Of a DNA stretch of 64,000 nt, positions 1 to 10,497 are shown piece by piece (positions within the stretch are counted from its first letter, which is position 1; every line of letters starts with the position of its first letter). The stretch spans positions 8,458 through 72,457 of the forward strand of contig JBHLLP010000016.1 of the NCBI GenBank assembly GCA_048885525.1. The letters are read 5' to 3'. Under the pieces are notes generated by a model. The model made no database searches and was not told where the DNA came from. It saw only the letters and a list, made by a program, of their open reading frames with translations. Position numbers and translations under genes: made by a program. This DNA is from Candidatus Hermodarchaeota archaeon (GTDB taxonomy: Archaea > Asgardarchaeota > Lokiarchaeia > Sigyniarchaeales > SOKP01).

Positions 1-506
1 TCTATAGCTTTTTTCGTTATAAAGTAGTCGATATCTTTTGCTTGTTCTTGAGTTCTTTCTCCATAGTAAAACGACTTTCTTAAAGAATGTGTTTTAGGAA
101 AAGGATTTGTTTTCCATTTACGAGATAATTTAATAGGTATTCTTTGGGAAACACTTACTTCAAAAGCATCCTTGGAAAATGCATCATTTCTTCCAATGTA
201 AATCACTTCATATCCTTTATCCTTGAGAAATTTAAAAAGATTTTCTTCATGAGTTTTTAATAGTTGATACAAGCTTCTATGTCCACTAGAATGGGCATAT
301 TGTCCTGTAAATACAGCAATCCGCGAAGGGACACATACGGGGTTTACAGTGAAACAATTCGTGAATGCAAATCCATCTTTAGCGAGATTATCTATATTTG
401 GTGTTTTTATGACATGATTCCTTTTTCCTCCTAATGAAACACAATCTCCACGCATTTCATCAGCTACAAAAATGATAATGTTAGGAATTCGTTCTATTTT
501 TTCCAT
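1..506 (-). CDS. Sulfatase (formylglycine-dependent arylsulfatase family), 3'-truncated by window edge
   Basis: Manual translation from ATG at 506: MEKIERIPNIIIFVADEMRGD...KTPNID...NPVCVPSRIAVFTGQY. It has the CxPxR signature and the PNI..I.ADE N-terminus. Confidence 0.9.
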   Translation of the reverse strand, partial: MEKIERIPNIIIFVADEMRGDCVSLGGKRNHVIKTPNIDNLAKDGFAFTNCFTVNPVCVPSRIAVFTGQYAHSSGHRSLYQLLKTHEENLFKFLKDKGYEVIYIGRNDAFSKDAFEVSVSQRIPIKLSRKWKTNPFPKTHSLRKSFYYGERTQEQAKDIDYFITKKAI

Positions 507-636
507 AATTACCTTCTCAAAAAATCTAAATTTGATAAATTTTTATTTTTTAAAATCTTAAAGTAAATTGAAATCATGAACTTATTTGAGAAAATATAGT
601 ATTATAAATTATTATTATTATTATTATATGATATAT

Positions 637-1167
637 ATGCCGGGACCTTTTGATGAACTAGAAAAAGAAGCAGAAAACTTAGAGAAACAGTCAAGGGAAG
701 AGTTTATTAAGAAAAATTTTGTTTTAGCAATTACATTATTAGAACAAGCAAAAGAATTATATTCAAAATTAAGTTATCAAGGTAAGATTGGAATGATTAA
801 TAAACGAATAGCACAGTTGAAAAACCTAGTCAAATTTGAGAAGCATGATACACCGATGATGACAAAAAGTGAAATAGATTTTCAAAAACGTGTCGATAAA
901 GTCATAAAAGAAAAAGAACGATATAGCGAAAAAAAGCAGGCAGAAGCAAGAATTCCATCTCCAGAAATAAAAAAACAACTTGAAAAGATCAATTTAATAG
1001 TTGAAAAAGCCGATAAAGAAGAGAAATTAGGTAAATATCAAAGGGTACTAGGTCGATATGAATATCTTTTAGAATTATATAAATCTATCCCAAAAGACGT
1101 AAAGAATTTCTCTAAAGAAATTTATGAACTTGAGAAAAAAATCGCAGTTTTGCATGAAAAGATCTAA
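637..1167 (+). CDS. Hypothetical protein with two TPR/MIT-like helical hairpins
   Basis: ORF 586..1167. The poly-Tyr N-terminus comes from a (TTA)n run, so ATG 637 (MPGPFDEL) is preferred as start. Helical segments read 'AITLLEQAKELY' and 'KADKEEKLGKY'. Confidence 0.6.
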   Translation: MPGPFDELEKEAENLEKQSREEFIKKNFVLAITLLEQAKELYSKLSYQGKIGMINKRIAQLKNLVKFEKHDTPMMTKSEIDFQKRVDKVIKEKERYSEKKQAEARIPSPEIKKQLEKINLIVEKADKEEKLGKYQRVLGRYEYLLELYKSIPKDVKNFSKEIYELEKKIAVLHEKI

Positions 1168-1215
1168 ATAAATTTGCCTTTCTTTATCCTAAAATAATAT
1201 AAATATTGAACCTTT

Positions 1216-2247
1216 ATGAAAAATCCCTTTGATGAGTTCTATCATGTTCCAAATTCAAAAGAACTATTAGATAGTGCTTTTAAAAGAAGTATGAAGAGTT
1301 CTGCTCAAGTTTCAAAAAACGCTCCTATACTTATCAAGGCAAAAAAGAAAGAATCCAAGCGTATAAAAGTTGCGATTGAAGAACTCATAAACAGAATTCT
1401 AAAAATAATTAAAATGGTTCCGATGATTGATGATCTACCAGATTTTTATAGAGAATTGGCGTCTATTTTAGTCAATATTGATGAATTAAAATTAACCTTA
1501 GGTAAGTTAAATGGAATTTTACCTGTTCTTAGTAAAATTGAAAGGGAACACCTAAATAAAGTGAACAGGATAGAGACTCCTAAAGAGGGTGACCAATTAA
1601 GAAGAGCTGCTTTTGGAAGGATTTCATCTATTATTAATAAACAAAATGAGAATCTTGAATATTTAAATAAGATTAGAGGAAGCTTGAGAGAAATACCTTC
1701 AATTGATTACACGATGCCCTGCATAGTTGTTGCAGGATATCCAAATGTGGGGAAGAGCAGCATTGTAAAGAATATCTCTACAAATAAAAAGATTGAAGTT
1801 AAAGAATATCCTTTTACAACAAAAAAATTGAATATGGGTCATTTAGAAATTGAAAAACGTTTTCAAAAAATTAAGATACAATGTTTAGATACTCCCGGAA
1901 TTTTAGATCGCCCTATGATCGAAAGAAACAAAATAGAATTACAAGCTATATTAGCATTAAGATTGATATCTGATTTAATTCTTTTTGTGTTTGATCCAAC
2001 TCCTGCTTCTGGATATAATGTTGAATCCCAAATTGAACTATTCAATGAAATAAAATATAATTTTTCTAAAGGAGGGCAAATAGAAATTATCATTATATTT
2101 AATAAAATAGATTTAGCTAAAGATTCAGAAATTCAATATTTAAAGGATAAATTAGATCTTAAAGATAATGAATTTTATTTAACTAATGCCCAAACAGGAG
2201 AAAATCTAGATAAATTGATTAAGGATCTAAAAAATCGCTACATTTAG
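1216..2247 (+). CDS. nog1: NOG1-family (Obg-like) GTP-binding protein
   Basis: GYPNVGKS (G1), YPFTTK, DTPGILDRP (G3), NKID (G4), plus the NOG1 helical N-terminus. Confidence 0.92.
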   Translation: MKNPFDEFYHVPNSKELLDSAFKRSMKSSAQVSKNAPILIKAKKKESKRIKVAIEELINRILKIIKMVPMIDDLPDFYRELASILVNIDELKLTLGKLNGILPVLSKIEREHLNKVNRIETPKEGDQLRRAAFGRISSIINKQNENLEYLNKIRGSLREIPSIDYTMPCIVVAGYPNVGKSSIVKNISTNKKIEVKEYPFTTKKLNMGHLEIEKRFQKIKIQCLDTPGILDRPMIERNKIELQAILALRLISDLILFVFDPTPASGYNVESQIELFNEIKYNFSKGGQIEIIIIFNKIDLAKDSEIQYLKDKLDLKDNEFYLTNAQTGENLDKLIKDLKNRYI

Positions 2248-2295
2248 AAATTTAATATCAATAAGGAAAGTTAATATTTATAAATCAATAAAAAG

Positions 2296-3090
2296 ATGGT
2301 ACATATGAAATCCTTTGAGATTGTAGCACATCGAGGTGCTTCAAATATCGCACCAGAAAATACAATAGAAGCTTTTCAACATGCTATCGAATATGGTGCT
2401 GATGCGATTGAATTTGATGTTCGATTGACCTCAGATGGCGTTCCTGTAATCTATCACTATTTCTATCTTGAAGAAATAACGAATACTTCTGGACCAATAT
2501 TCAATATCACATGCGACCAACTACAAAAAGTAAAAGTTTTGGGGAGAAACAATCAAAAAAACAATAATTATAGAATATTGACCCTTAATAAACTTCTAGA
2601 AATCATTGGAAACCAGATTGCTCTCGAAATTGAGATCAAAGGTCCAGAGCCAGAATCTTCAGAGATAATAGGAGAAGTTCTGCGTCGTTTTAAGCATTTA
2701 TGGAAAAATATAGAAGTAACTTCCTATGAACCTATATTGCTTAATGCTATACGAAAACAATGTCCCGGGATAGTCACTGATTTACTCTTTCCATTGTCGG
2801 AAAATTGGATGAAACCGGATGTAATTACATATTTAGCCATCCAACGAGCCAGATTAGCACAAGTAAGAGCGATTCATTTACATCCAACTCAATTATCATC
2901 AAAAACAGTATCTACTATTCGAAAATATGGTATTGAGATCCATAGTTGGGATGTAAATGATAAAAAGTCTCTAGAAACGATAAATGAATTAAAAATACCA
3001 CGAATATGCACTGATAACCTTCAGAAAGCACTAAATTTTCGGCAAGCAACTTTAAAATCTCGTAACAAAAAAAATAATATGGATAAATAA
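2296..3090 (+). CDS. Glycerophosphodiester phosphodiesterase
   Basis: AHRGAS..APENT..AF, IEFDV.LT.DG and EIK motifs. Confidence 0.92.
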   Translation: MVHMKSFEIVAHRGASNIAPENTIEAFQHAIEYGADAIEFDVRLTSDGVPVIYHYFYLEEITNTSGPIFNITCDQLQKVKVLGRNNQKNNNYRILTLNKLLEIIGNQIALEIEIKGPEPESSEIIGEVLRRFKHLWKNIEVTSYEPILLNAIRKQCPGIVTDLLFPLSENWMKPDVITYLAIQRARLAQVRAIHLHPTQLSSKTVSTIRKYGIEIHSWDVNDKKSLETINELKIPRICTDNLQKALNFRQATLKSRNKKNNMDK

Positions 3091-3148
3091 TATAAAATAC
3101 ATTTTAAATGGATTAAATTGTGATTTAAAAAAGATATAGGGGTAATAA

Positions 3149-4222
3149 ATTATAATCATTTTAGGAATGGATATTGGTGGTGCAAATACTAAAGCAGCAT
3201 TACTAGAATTTAAAGATAAAAAAATAATACAATCTTTTTCATATATAGAATACTTCCCATTCTGGGAAAAAACAATAACAGAAATCCCAGATATGCTAAG
3301 AAGAGTTGTAAAAAATTTAGTTCAAAAAAACAAGTATACACTTAAAAATGTTAATTATTTTGCTATTACTATTACTGCAGAACTTTCTGATGCATTTCAA
3401 ACAAAAAGAGAAGGAATTTATACAATTTTGAACGCACTTGAGAAAGTTTTTGATACGAATAGATTAAAATTCATTACGATTAATAATAAATTTGTTGATT
3501 TTAAAACTGCTAAATCTGATTATTTATCAGTCGCAGCAGCTAATTGGGCATCTACAGCTTTATTTTTAGGAAACTTTATCCCTCAAACTATTTTAATTGA
3601 CGCAGGATCAACAACTATTGATATAATTCCAATTCTAAATTCAATACCAGTACCACAAGGAAAGGATGATATATCACGTTTAAGTAATCATGAATTAATT
3701 TATACAGGAGGTTTGAGAGCAACAATTCCGTCCATTACTCATCATATTCCTTATAAAAACAAAAAAGTACGTGTTTCCTTTGAAAAATTTGCTTTAATTT
3801 CTGATGTTCATAGAATTTTGAATAATATCTCACAAGAAGATTATATTAACGAAACCGCTGATAATCGGTCAAAATCCTTAGAAAATTGTTATGCTAGACT
3901 TTCTAGGGTAATTTGTATGGACATTGAAACAATTTCAAGGGAGGATTTAGACCTTATAGCTAATTATATTTATCAAAAACAATTAGATATTATTACAAAA
4001 GAAATTAGAGCATTCATGAACAATCTTACTTTGAGACACAAAGAATTTGATATTAATTCCAAATTTGTAATAACTGGTTTATCTGCGAATTTTCTAATAA
4101 AAAAACCACTTCAAGATTTAGGATTTGTCAATATTCTTAGTTATGAGGAAATAACTTCTATTCCTAACCACATAAGCTCATCAGCTTTTGCTGTTGCAGG
4201 AGCATTTTATTATCAACTATAA
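3149..4222 (+). CDS. Hydantoinase/oxoprolinase-like H4MPT-linked C1 protein (MfnF-like); probable ATT start
   Basis: ILGMDIGGANTK, TAELSDAF.TKREG, AAANW and DAGSTTIDIIP motifs. The first beta strand extends upstream of ATG 3167 to ATT 3149, which follows an SD-like GGGGTAA. Confidence 0.85.
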   Translation: MIIILGMDIGGANTKAALLEFKDKKIIQSFSYIEYFPFWEKTITEIPDMLRRVVKNLVQKNKYTLKNVNYFAITITAELSDAFQTKREGIYTILNALEKVFDTNRLKFITINNKFVDFKTAKSDYLSVAAANWASTALFLGNFIPQTILIDAGSTTIDIIPILNSIPVPQGKDDISRLSNHELIYTGGLRATIPSITHHIPYKNKKVRVSFEKFALISDVHRILNNISQEDYINETADNRSKSLENCYARLSRVICMDIETISREDLDLIANYIYQKQLDIITKEIRAFMNNLTLRHKEFDINSKFVITGLSANFLIKKPLQDLGFVNILSYEEITSIPNHISSSAFAVAGAFYYQL

Positions 4223-4228
4223 TTAACA

Positions 4229-4960
4229 TTGAATAATATGAAGCACAAAATTGTATTATTTAAAATTGGAGGAAAAATTTTAGAGGATTTTGATAATCTA
4301 AATTCTACTATCTCCCAATTAAGACAAATTTTAAAGGAAAAACTGGTTCAAAAGATTATTTTAATACCCGGAGGTGGTTCATTCGCTAATTTTATTAGAA
4401 AAGTGTATTCCGAATTAAAGTTTACTGAAGAACTTGCACATTGGATGGGAATAATTTCTATGAATTATAATGGAATAGAATTAAGTAAAAAGTTTCCTGA
4501 ATTAGAAGTGGTTGAAGATTTTAATGAGTTGAAAAAATCTCATAAAAATTTCTGTTTATTTTTACCCTTTCAGTTTTTAAAAGAGAAGGATAAGTTACCG
4601 CACAATTGGGATGCAACTTCTGATTCAATCACTTTATACTTAGCAAAGGAATTAGGATTAAAGGAATGTTTTTTAGTTAAAGATGTCGATGGTGTAATAA
4701 GTGATAAAAATCAAGTAATAAAAGAAATCTCAACTTCAGAATTCAAGAAGATGAAAAATTTGGGGAAATTAGCTAAACTGCCTCCTAATAGTGAAGAATT
4801 AAAGGAGAGATCAAAACCAATTGATTCATATTTACTAACTTTAATTAATAAGCATAAAATTTCGTGTATTATTCTAAATGGTTCAAAAATTAACACTAGA
4901 ATTCTAAATTACTTTCAATCGGTTAACCCAGAAGAAAAGGTTTTTACTAGAATTACATAA
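4229..4960 (+). CDS. Amino-acid kinase family protein (MfnE-like)
   Basis: KIGG, PGGGSFAN, AHWM, LPHNWDATSDSI and KDVDG motifs; adjacent to the MfnF-like gene. Confidence 0.85.
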   Translation: MNNMKHKIVLFKIGGKILEDFDNLNSTISQLRQILKEKLVQKIILIPGGGSFANFIRKVYSELKFTEELAHWMGIISMNYNGIELSKKFPELEVVEDFNELKKSHKNFCLFLPFQFLKEKDKLPHNWDATSDSITLYLAKELGLKECFLVKDVDGVISDKNQVIKEISTSEFKKMKNLGKLAKLPPNSEELKERSKPIDSYLLTLINKHKISCIILNGSKINTRILNYFQSVNPEEKVFTRIT

Positions 4961-5096
4961 AAAGCTGTTCAAGTAAGTCTTCTTAGACTTAATTATAATC
5001 TTATTAAAAATTTTAATTAAAATTAAAGTTTTAATTAAATTATTACTAAATTATAATAATATTCAAAGTTGATTTTTCTTTATTAGTGATATTAAA

Positions 5097-5603
5097 ATGA
5101 ATGAGAAAGAAAATGAAATGAAAAAAAGTGCGGAATTTCTAATTAAGACATTAACGGATACAGACATACCAGGTAACGCAAAATTTAAATGTAGATACAA
5201 TAAAATGGTTAATTTTGCAAAAATTTATGGGATAACGGATCCAAAATATATTGGACCAGAAGAAGAGGGAATTATTGCATGTCATGGTTTTGCAAATTCA
5301 TTTGCAGTGAATGCTTTTTATATTCTTGTACCAAGTTTAAAAGTAACTCAAAATGGAGAAGAACGCTCCTTGGTTAAAAATCCAAATAAATTTCTCCATG
5401 CTGGAAACAAATACAATTGGGAGCGATGCGTTGATATAAAAAATGGAGACCTATTAACAGCAACAGCTAAGATATCTAAAGTGTGGTTAATTGAAGATAG
5501 TATGATCTTGTTTGCTGAATTATTATTGAACGTAAAAAATCAGAATGATGAATTGGTATGTAATGTTACATCTAGTGTAGCAATTAGACCTGGAGGTTAT
5601 TAA
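5097..5603 (+). CDS. MaoC-like hot-dog fold dehydratase subunit (N-half type)
   Basis: FAKIYGITDPKY, FLHAGNKYNW...GD.L..TAKI and VKNQNDELV patterns; paired with a MaoC gene. Confidence 0.75.
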   Translation: MNEKENEMKKSAEFLIKTLTDTDIPGNAKFKCRYNKMVNFAKIYGITDPKYIGPEEEGIIACHGFANSFAVNAFYILVPSLKVTQNGEERSLVKNPNKFLHAGNKYNWERCVDIKNGDLLTATAKISKVWLIEDSMILFAELLLNVKNQNDELVCNVTSSVAIRPGGY

Positions 5604-5606
5604 AAA

Positions 5607-6155
5607 ATGGTAAAAATAACAGATTTAAATGTTGGACAAGTTATAAAAAATGAATTTAGTGGTATCACTCGAGATCTTTTAAAACGTTATGCTAAAGCTA
5701 GTGGAGATACAAATCCTATTCATACAAATGATGCTGTTGCTGAAAGAGCAGGTTTAAAAGGAGTGATTGCTCATGGATTATTCTCATATGGTTTCATCAG
5801 TAAATTGTTTGAAGATTTTCTGGAACAGAGTAAATATGGAAAGATAAATGAAATAGGTGTTGAGATGCGTGGAATGGTTAGGGTTGGAGATCTTCTAATT
5901 ACCGAGGCAACAATATCAAAAATTGAGGGAAAAAAAGTATATTTTGATGTAAAACAGACAACTATAACAAGTGTGGATATTAAAGATAAAGAAGGTAATA
6001 TAATAAAACAATTCGAAGCTGGTGAAAGAGGCTATATATCTGAAAAAGATATTGAAAGAGGCTTAGTAAAGACCAAAGAAGTCCCAGAGGGGATTTTAAC
6101 TTATCGAGAAAGAATCGCTACTCCTGGGCAAGCAATAATTGAACTATTTGAATAA
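5607..6155 (+). CDS. MaoC family (R)-hydratase/dehydratase
   Basis: YAKASGDTNPIHTND..A..AGL.GVIAHG hydratase-2 motif. Confidence 0.9.
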   Translation: MVKITDLNVGQVIKNEFSGITRDLLKRYAKASGDTNPIHTNDAVAERAGLKGVIAHGLFSYGFISKLFEDFLEQSKYGKINEIGVEMRGMVRVGDLLITEATISKIEGKKVYFDVKQTTITSVDIKDKEGNIIKQFEAGERGYISEKDIERGLVKTKEVPEGILTYRERIATPGQAIIELFE

Positions 6156-6186
6156 AGTCCAAAAAATTTTTTAAAACTCTAATACC

Positions 6187-7158
6187 TTATTCTTTTTTTA
6201 ATAATTCCTTAATTTTTAATTCAATTTCTTCTAATGCTTCGAAATCCTCTAATTTTTCAGCAGCTTTTTTTATAAGACCATAATATTGTATAGCAGTTTC
6301 TAAATCTATCTCGCTTACAATTTCTTCACCTCGTCTAAAAATGAGGGCCTTTAAAGCCTCAATACGACTAACATTTATAGCAGCTAAATATGCTTTTGTA
6401 AAATAATTTTTAGCATTTTCCAGGTCTTTTTTTAGAAAATAAACAAAGGCTTCAGCAAAATAGGCAAATTGTAAAGAAAATATGAATCCAATCTCCTCTC
6501 TTAATTGTGTTGATTTCTTAAAATATTCTAAACCTTTATCTAAATCCTGTTTAATATAAGCATAGATGCCGGCAAGATGGCGAAAAAGATAGGATTGTTC
6601 AAGTTTAAAATCTTCCTCTTCAGCTATTTTCAATCCTTTTTGAAAATACTCGAAAGCTGTTTGATGATCGTTTTCATCAGCATCTTTTTTATTCTCATGG
6701 TAAAGTCCTAGATGAAAATAAGATTTAGTTAATCCTAACTTGTCTTTTATTTTAGTTCTTATAGATAGTGCTTTATTATAATAATTAATTGCTTCTTTAA
6801 AATCTCCCTCGAGAATTCCTATACCATAGATGCAATTTCCAATAAGATCCAGAGCATCAGCTTGAATATCATTCGCATTTGAATCCTCTACTAATTTTTG
6901 AGCTTCTTGAAGAGTTCTTATCTCATCATCATAATTAAAATCTTTAAGGAATTTATGATCCATTCTAATTTTAGTGAATTGTATTAAAGTTCTAGCTTGA
7001 TCTTCCTTCTTCACTTCAAGTGAATCTAATATCAATTTGATTGAATCAAAAAGTAACATTGCCTCATCAAACTTACCTTCAAAACGATAGACTTCAGAGA
7101 TTTTACATGCGATATCTATAAATTCGGTAAAATATTTTTCAAGAATATCATTCGCCAA
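6187..7158 (-). CDS. TPR-repeat protein
   Basis: Repeated 'ALDLIGNCIY..GDFKEAINYYNKALSI' and 'SYFHLG' TPR units. Confidence 0.85.
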   Translation of the reverse strand: MANDILEKYFTEFIDIACKISEVYRFEGKFDEAMLLFDSIKLILDSLEVKKEDQARTLIQFTKIRMDHKFLKDFNYDDEIRTLQEAQKLVEDSNANDIQADALDLIGNCIYGIGILEGDFKEAINYYNKALSIRTKIKDKLGLTKSYFHLGLYHENKKDADENDHQTAFEYFQKGLKIAEEEDFKLEQSYLFRHLAGIYAYIKQDLDKGLEYFKKSTQLREEIGFIFSLQFAYFAEAFVYFLKKDLENAKNYFTKAYLAAINVSRIEALKALIFRRGEEIVSEIDLETAIQYYGLIKKAAEKLEDFEALEEIELKIKELLKKE

Positions 7159-7376
7159 GAGACAAAACCATTTAAAATAATTTTAAAAAGATTAAGGAAG
7201 TATTTCTATTAATAGATTTATTTAACGAACTTTATTAAGAGTTTGAACCATATTTGAAGTAAATATCAAAAATTTTCTTAAATTCCAGATATATTTTTAA
7301 TTAAATCTTTTTATATTAGTTAATAGAAGAGATATTTGAAAGAATAAATTAAACAAAATTTTTTTTTTCTACCACC

Positions 7377-10349
7377 TTGACAACTCAAGACCCATTAGAT
7401 CATCAAGAATCATTAGACACTGAAAAAATTGAGAGCTTAATTTTAAATGGGTATAATGAAAAAGCTGCTGAAGAAATTTTTACTATTGTAGAAAATTATG
7501 ATAATCATTCTGATAAAGAACTTATTTATCGAAGCCTTAGTTTATTAAATCTGATTTGTGATAAATCTCCAGCAATTTCATTGAGAGCAATCAAAAATAT
7601 AATTCATTTTATAAATGATTCTGATTCTTGGATAAGATTAGTTTCATTAGAAATATCATATCAAATAAGTTTGTTTAGACCTAACTTGTTACTTGAGTTA
7701 TTACCTAAAATTCGAGGAAGATTATATGATCAAGACCCCGCCGTGAGGAGATTAACTGTAAAGATCATTGGTAATCTGATTTTATCCTTACATATCGATT
7801 TGGGAGAAATACAGGAAATTATTGAAGAATATACAGAAAAATTAATGGATAATGATTGGAAAGTAAAGCTCAATGTAATCAAAACTATTCAGAAGATCTT
7901 AAATCAGGATTATAAAAAAATTAGGAATTTAGAACCATTATTATCAATGGTGATCATTAATTTAAGAGACGAAGATGATGATGTTGCTAGAGCTGCAGCA
8001 GAACTTTTAAAGATTCATGGGACATACTTTTTGACAAAGGAAAAGATCCTTTATATTTTATTAAATCTTCTCTATAACGAGGAAAATAGGGTTAAAGAGC
8101 TAATTATTTGGTTATTTGGAGAAATTGGAAAGGAAAAATCTCCAGAAATTATATCAATAATTCCAAAATTAATTAATTTACTAAAAGAAAAAGATTATCG
8201 TATTCAATTAAAAGTAATTGAAGCACTTGTTAATATTGGTGAAAATAATTTTGATCAAATTTGGGCAAATCTTATACATTCCATTTTAGAAGCCAGTGAT
8301 TACAATTATAGAAATTCATTAATAAATGCAATATTTCATCTATCCCGGAAGAATATAACTGAAATATTTCCTTATTTATTTGAAGAACTGGAAAATCCAT
8401 CTGAAAACATCAGAGAAGGTATTGCTCTTGTATTTCAACGCTTATTCGAAGAGTACCAGATTGAATTAGAAAATGAAATTACTAAAATTTTATATCAATT
8501 AGATTCACGTTTTTGGAGAGAAAGAAAAAAAACTATAAATCTCCTCCAACATATTTGTTTCATTTTGGAAAATAAAAAGATTGCTGTCTGGATTACAATT
8601 GAATTAAACAATACTTTAAATATTGAAAAGGATCCAGAAGTGAAAGCAGAAATTATTTATACACTAAAGAATATTAAATCTAATTTTCCAGATATTGATG
8701 GAGCTATCGAAAGAATCAATAATGAATTATCACTATTTCAGAAAAGAATTAACGAGTTCCAGAAGATTCCTGCCCAATTTAGAGAAAAACTGAATTCTTA
8801 TATAGAAAATTTCAAATTTAATGATACAGAGATTCAGTTAAATGAAAAATACAATAAAATATTGAAAAAAATCAAAAAATTCTCATTATTAATTAATAGA
8901 TTTGAATACAAAAGGTTAGCTTTTGATTTAATCGAAGAATGGGAAGAAACTAGGGTTCAAATAATTGAAGAATTAAGTATTATTAAAGGCTTCATCTCTG
9001 AAATATGTGAAGAGAAAAAAGCCGAATTTGTTTCTAATTTAAAAGAAAATATTAAGAAAATAAATAATCGTATTGATGTTCTAAAAGCAGAATTTGATTA
9101 TGTGAAAGAAACTAAGTTTGAAGTTAATCTAGGCAAACGTTTGTCTACACTTGGATCTGATTATATTCAAGAAGATAACCTGGACAATATCACCCAAATT
9201 AGAAAAAAACTGTTCAAAATGGATGGTGATATCAGAGAAATATTGATAGCAAATGTAGAGTTTAATGAGATATTTAAAAACCTATTACAAAAATGGGTTG
9301 CAACTAAAATTGAAATCCAAGAATATTTGAATGATTTAGATCATCAAATTAGATTAATGAAAGATAAATTAATTGAATATAAAGAAGTAGAACCTATAAG
9401 TAATATTCAGATTAGATCGAAAATGATTAATGGGATTAGTTCTGAACTTAATTTTCAACTCCTTCAAAGTCATATTCAGACTATTATTACAGAGAGAATT
9501 GAAGGAATGAAAAAATACAATGATGAATTTAGTGATCTTATTTCTAAACTAGACCTTTTATTAAAAAAAGATGAATTTTCAGATGTTAAGAAATTAGTAG
9601 AAATGAATTCAACACAAATTCAAAATTATATTGAAGATACTGAAAAACAAATTAATAATATCATAGGAAATGAAAAATTATTTGAAGATAATAATATTTT
9701 TAATTTATATATAAGACCTTATATCAATAAGTTTAATTCATCTAAAGAATTATTGATAAATCGATTAAAAACATTCAATAGAAAAGCTAAAAATAAACTT
9801 TACCTAAATCAGTTAAAATACTACGCGAAAATTCTGAATCCGATTAAACTTGATTTATTATCATCTTATATTGACTTAGATATTGAGCGATTAAAAGATC
9901 TTATTCTAAAATTTATAAATAAAAATAAAATCAGTGCAAAAGTAATTAATGACAAACTTTACTTTCAGCAGATAGAATCTGAAATGCCAGATTCAAAAGA
10001 AATTCTCTTTTTTAAAAATATAAAGACGATAGGTAACGAAATTTACCTAAACTTTAAATTATCTAATCCATCAAATTTTGATTTCAAGGATTTACAAATA
10101 TCTCTTAAGATACCCTCTTATCTTAATTTTCAAAGAAAAGAAAGCTTTCCAAAATATCTACAAATAAATGAGTTAAAACCAGGGAAAAATTTCCAATTCA
10201 ATTATGTGCTTAAAGTAGATAAACAAAAAGAACTTAAAAAAAATCTTTTTGATCCTTCAGCTGATGAAATTAAGCTTGACTTGTATTATAGAGATCAATT
10301 CAATATTGCTCGGAAGACGACTAAACATATTGATCTCTTCATTCCTTAA
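7377..10349 (+). CDS. HEAT-repeat protein with coiled-coil, PCI-like winged helix and C-terminal Ig-like domain
   Basis: Many 'L.D.D..VR' HEAT units in the first ~430 aa, a helical middle region, 'LSSYIDLDIERLKDLILKFINKNKISAKV' (PCI-like) and a beta-rich C-terminus. Confidence 0.75.
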   Translation: MTTQDPLDHQESLDTEKIESLILNGYNEKAAEEIFTIVENYDNHSDKELIYRSLSLLNLICDKSPAISLRAIKNIIHFINDSDSWIRLVSLEISYQISLFRPNLLLELLPKIRGRLYDQDPAVRRLTVKIIGNLILSLHIDLGEIQEIIEEYTEKLMDNDWKVKLNVIKTIQKILNQDYKKIRNLEPLLSMVIINLRDEDDDVARAAAELLKIHGTYFLTKEKILYILLNLLYNEENRVKELIIWLFGEIGKEKSPEIISIIPKLINLLKEKDYRIQLKVIEALVNIGENNFDQIWANLIHSILEASDYNYRNSLINAIFHLSRKNITEIFPYLFEELENPSENIREGIALVFQRLFEEYQIELENEITKILYQLDSRFWRERKKTINLLQHICFILENKKIAVWITIELNNTLNIEKDPEVKAEIIYTLKNIKSNFPDIDGAIERINNELSLFQKRINEFQKIPAQFREKLNSYIENFKFNDTEIQLNEKYNKILKKIKKFSLLINRFEYKRLAFDLIEEWEETRVQIIEELSIIKGFISEICEEKKAEFVSNLKENIKKINNRIDVLKAEFDYVKETKFEVNLGKRLSTLGSDYIQEDNLDNITQIRKKLFKMDGDIREILIANVEFNEIFKNLLQKWVATKIEIQEYLNDLDHQIRLMKDKLIEYKEVEPISNIQIRSKMINGISSELNFQLLQSHIQTIITERIEGMKKYNDEFSDLISKLDLLLKKDEFSDVKKLVEMNSTQIQNYIEDTEKQINNIIGNEKLFEDNNIFNLYIRPYINKFNSSKELLINRLKTFNRKAKNKLYLNQLKYYAKILNPIKLDLLSSYIDLDIERLKDLILKFINKNKISAKVINDKLYFQQIESEMPDSKEILFFKNIKTIGNEIYLNFKLSNPSNFDFKDLQISLKIPSYLNFQRKESFPKYLQINELKPGKNFQFNYVLKVDKQKELKKNLFDPSADEIKLDLYYRDQFNIARKTTKHIDLFIP

Positions 10350-10497
10350 AATAACAAGATTTTTGATTGAATTTTTTCATTAATTAATCTCAAATATTCA
10401 AAAATTTAATAATTTATATGGAAAAGATTAATATATCCATCTATACTATTTAAAACTACTTAAATTGATTAATATAATTACAAGAATGAGGTGAAGA

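Noticed and set aside
586-636. Poly-Tyr N-terminal extension / (TTA)n run
   Set aside because: AT-rich promoter-region microsatellite; ATG 637 is the more plausible start.
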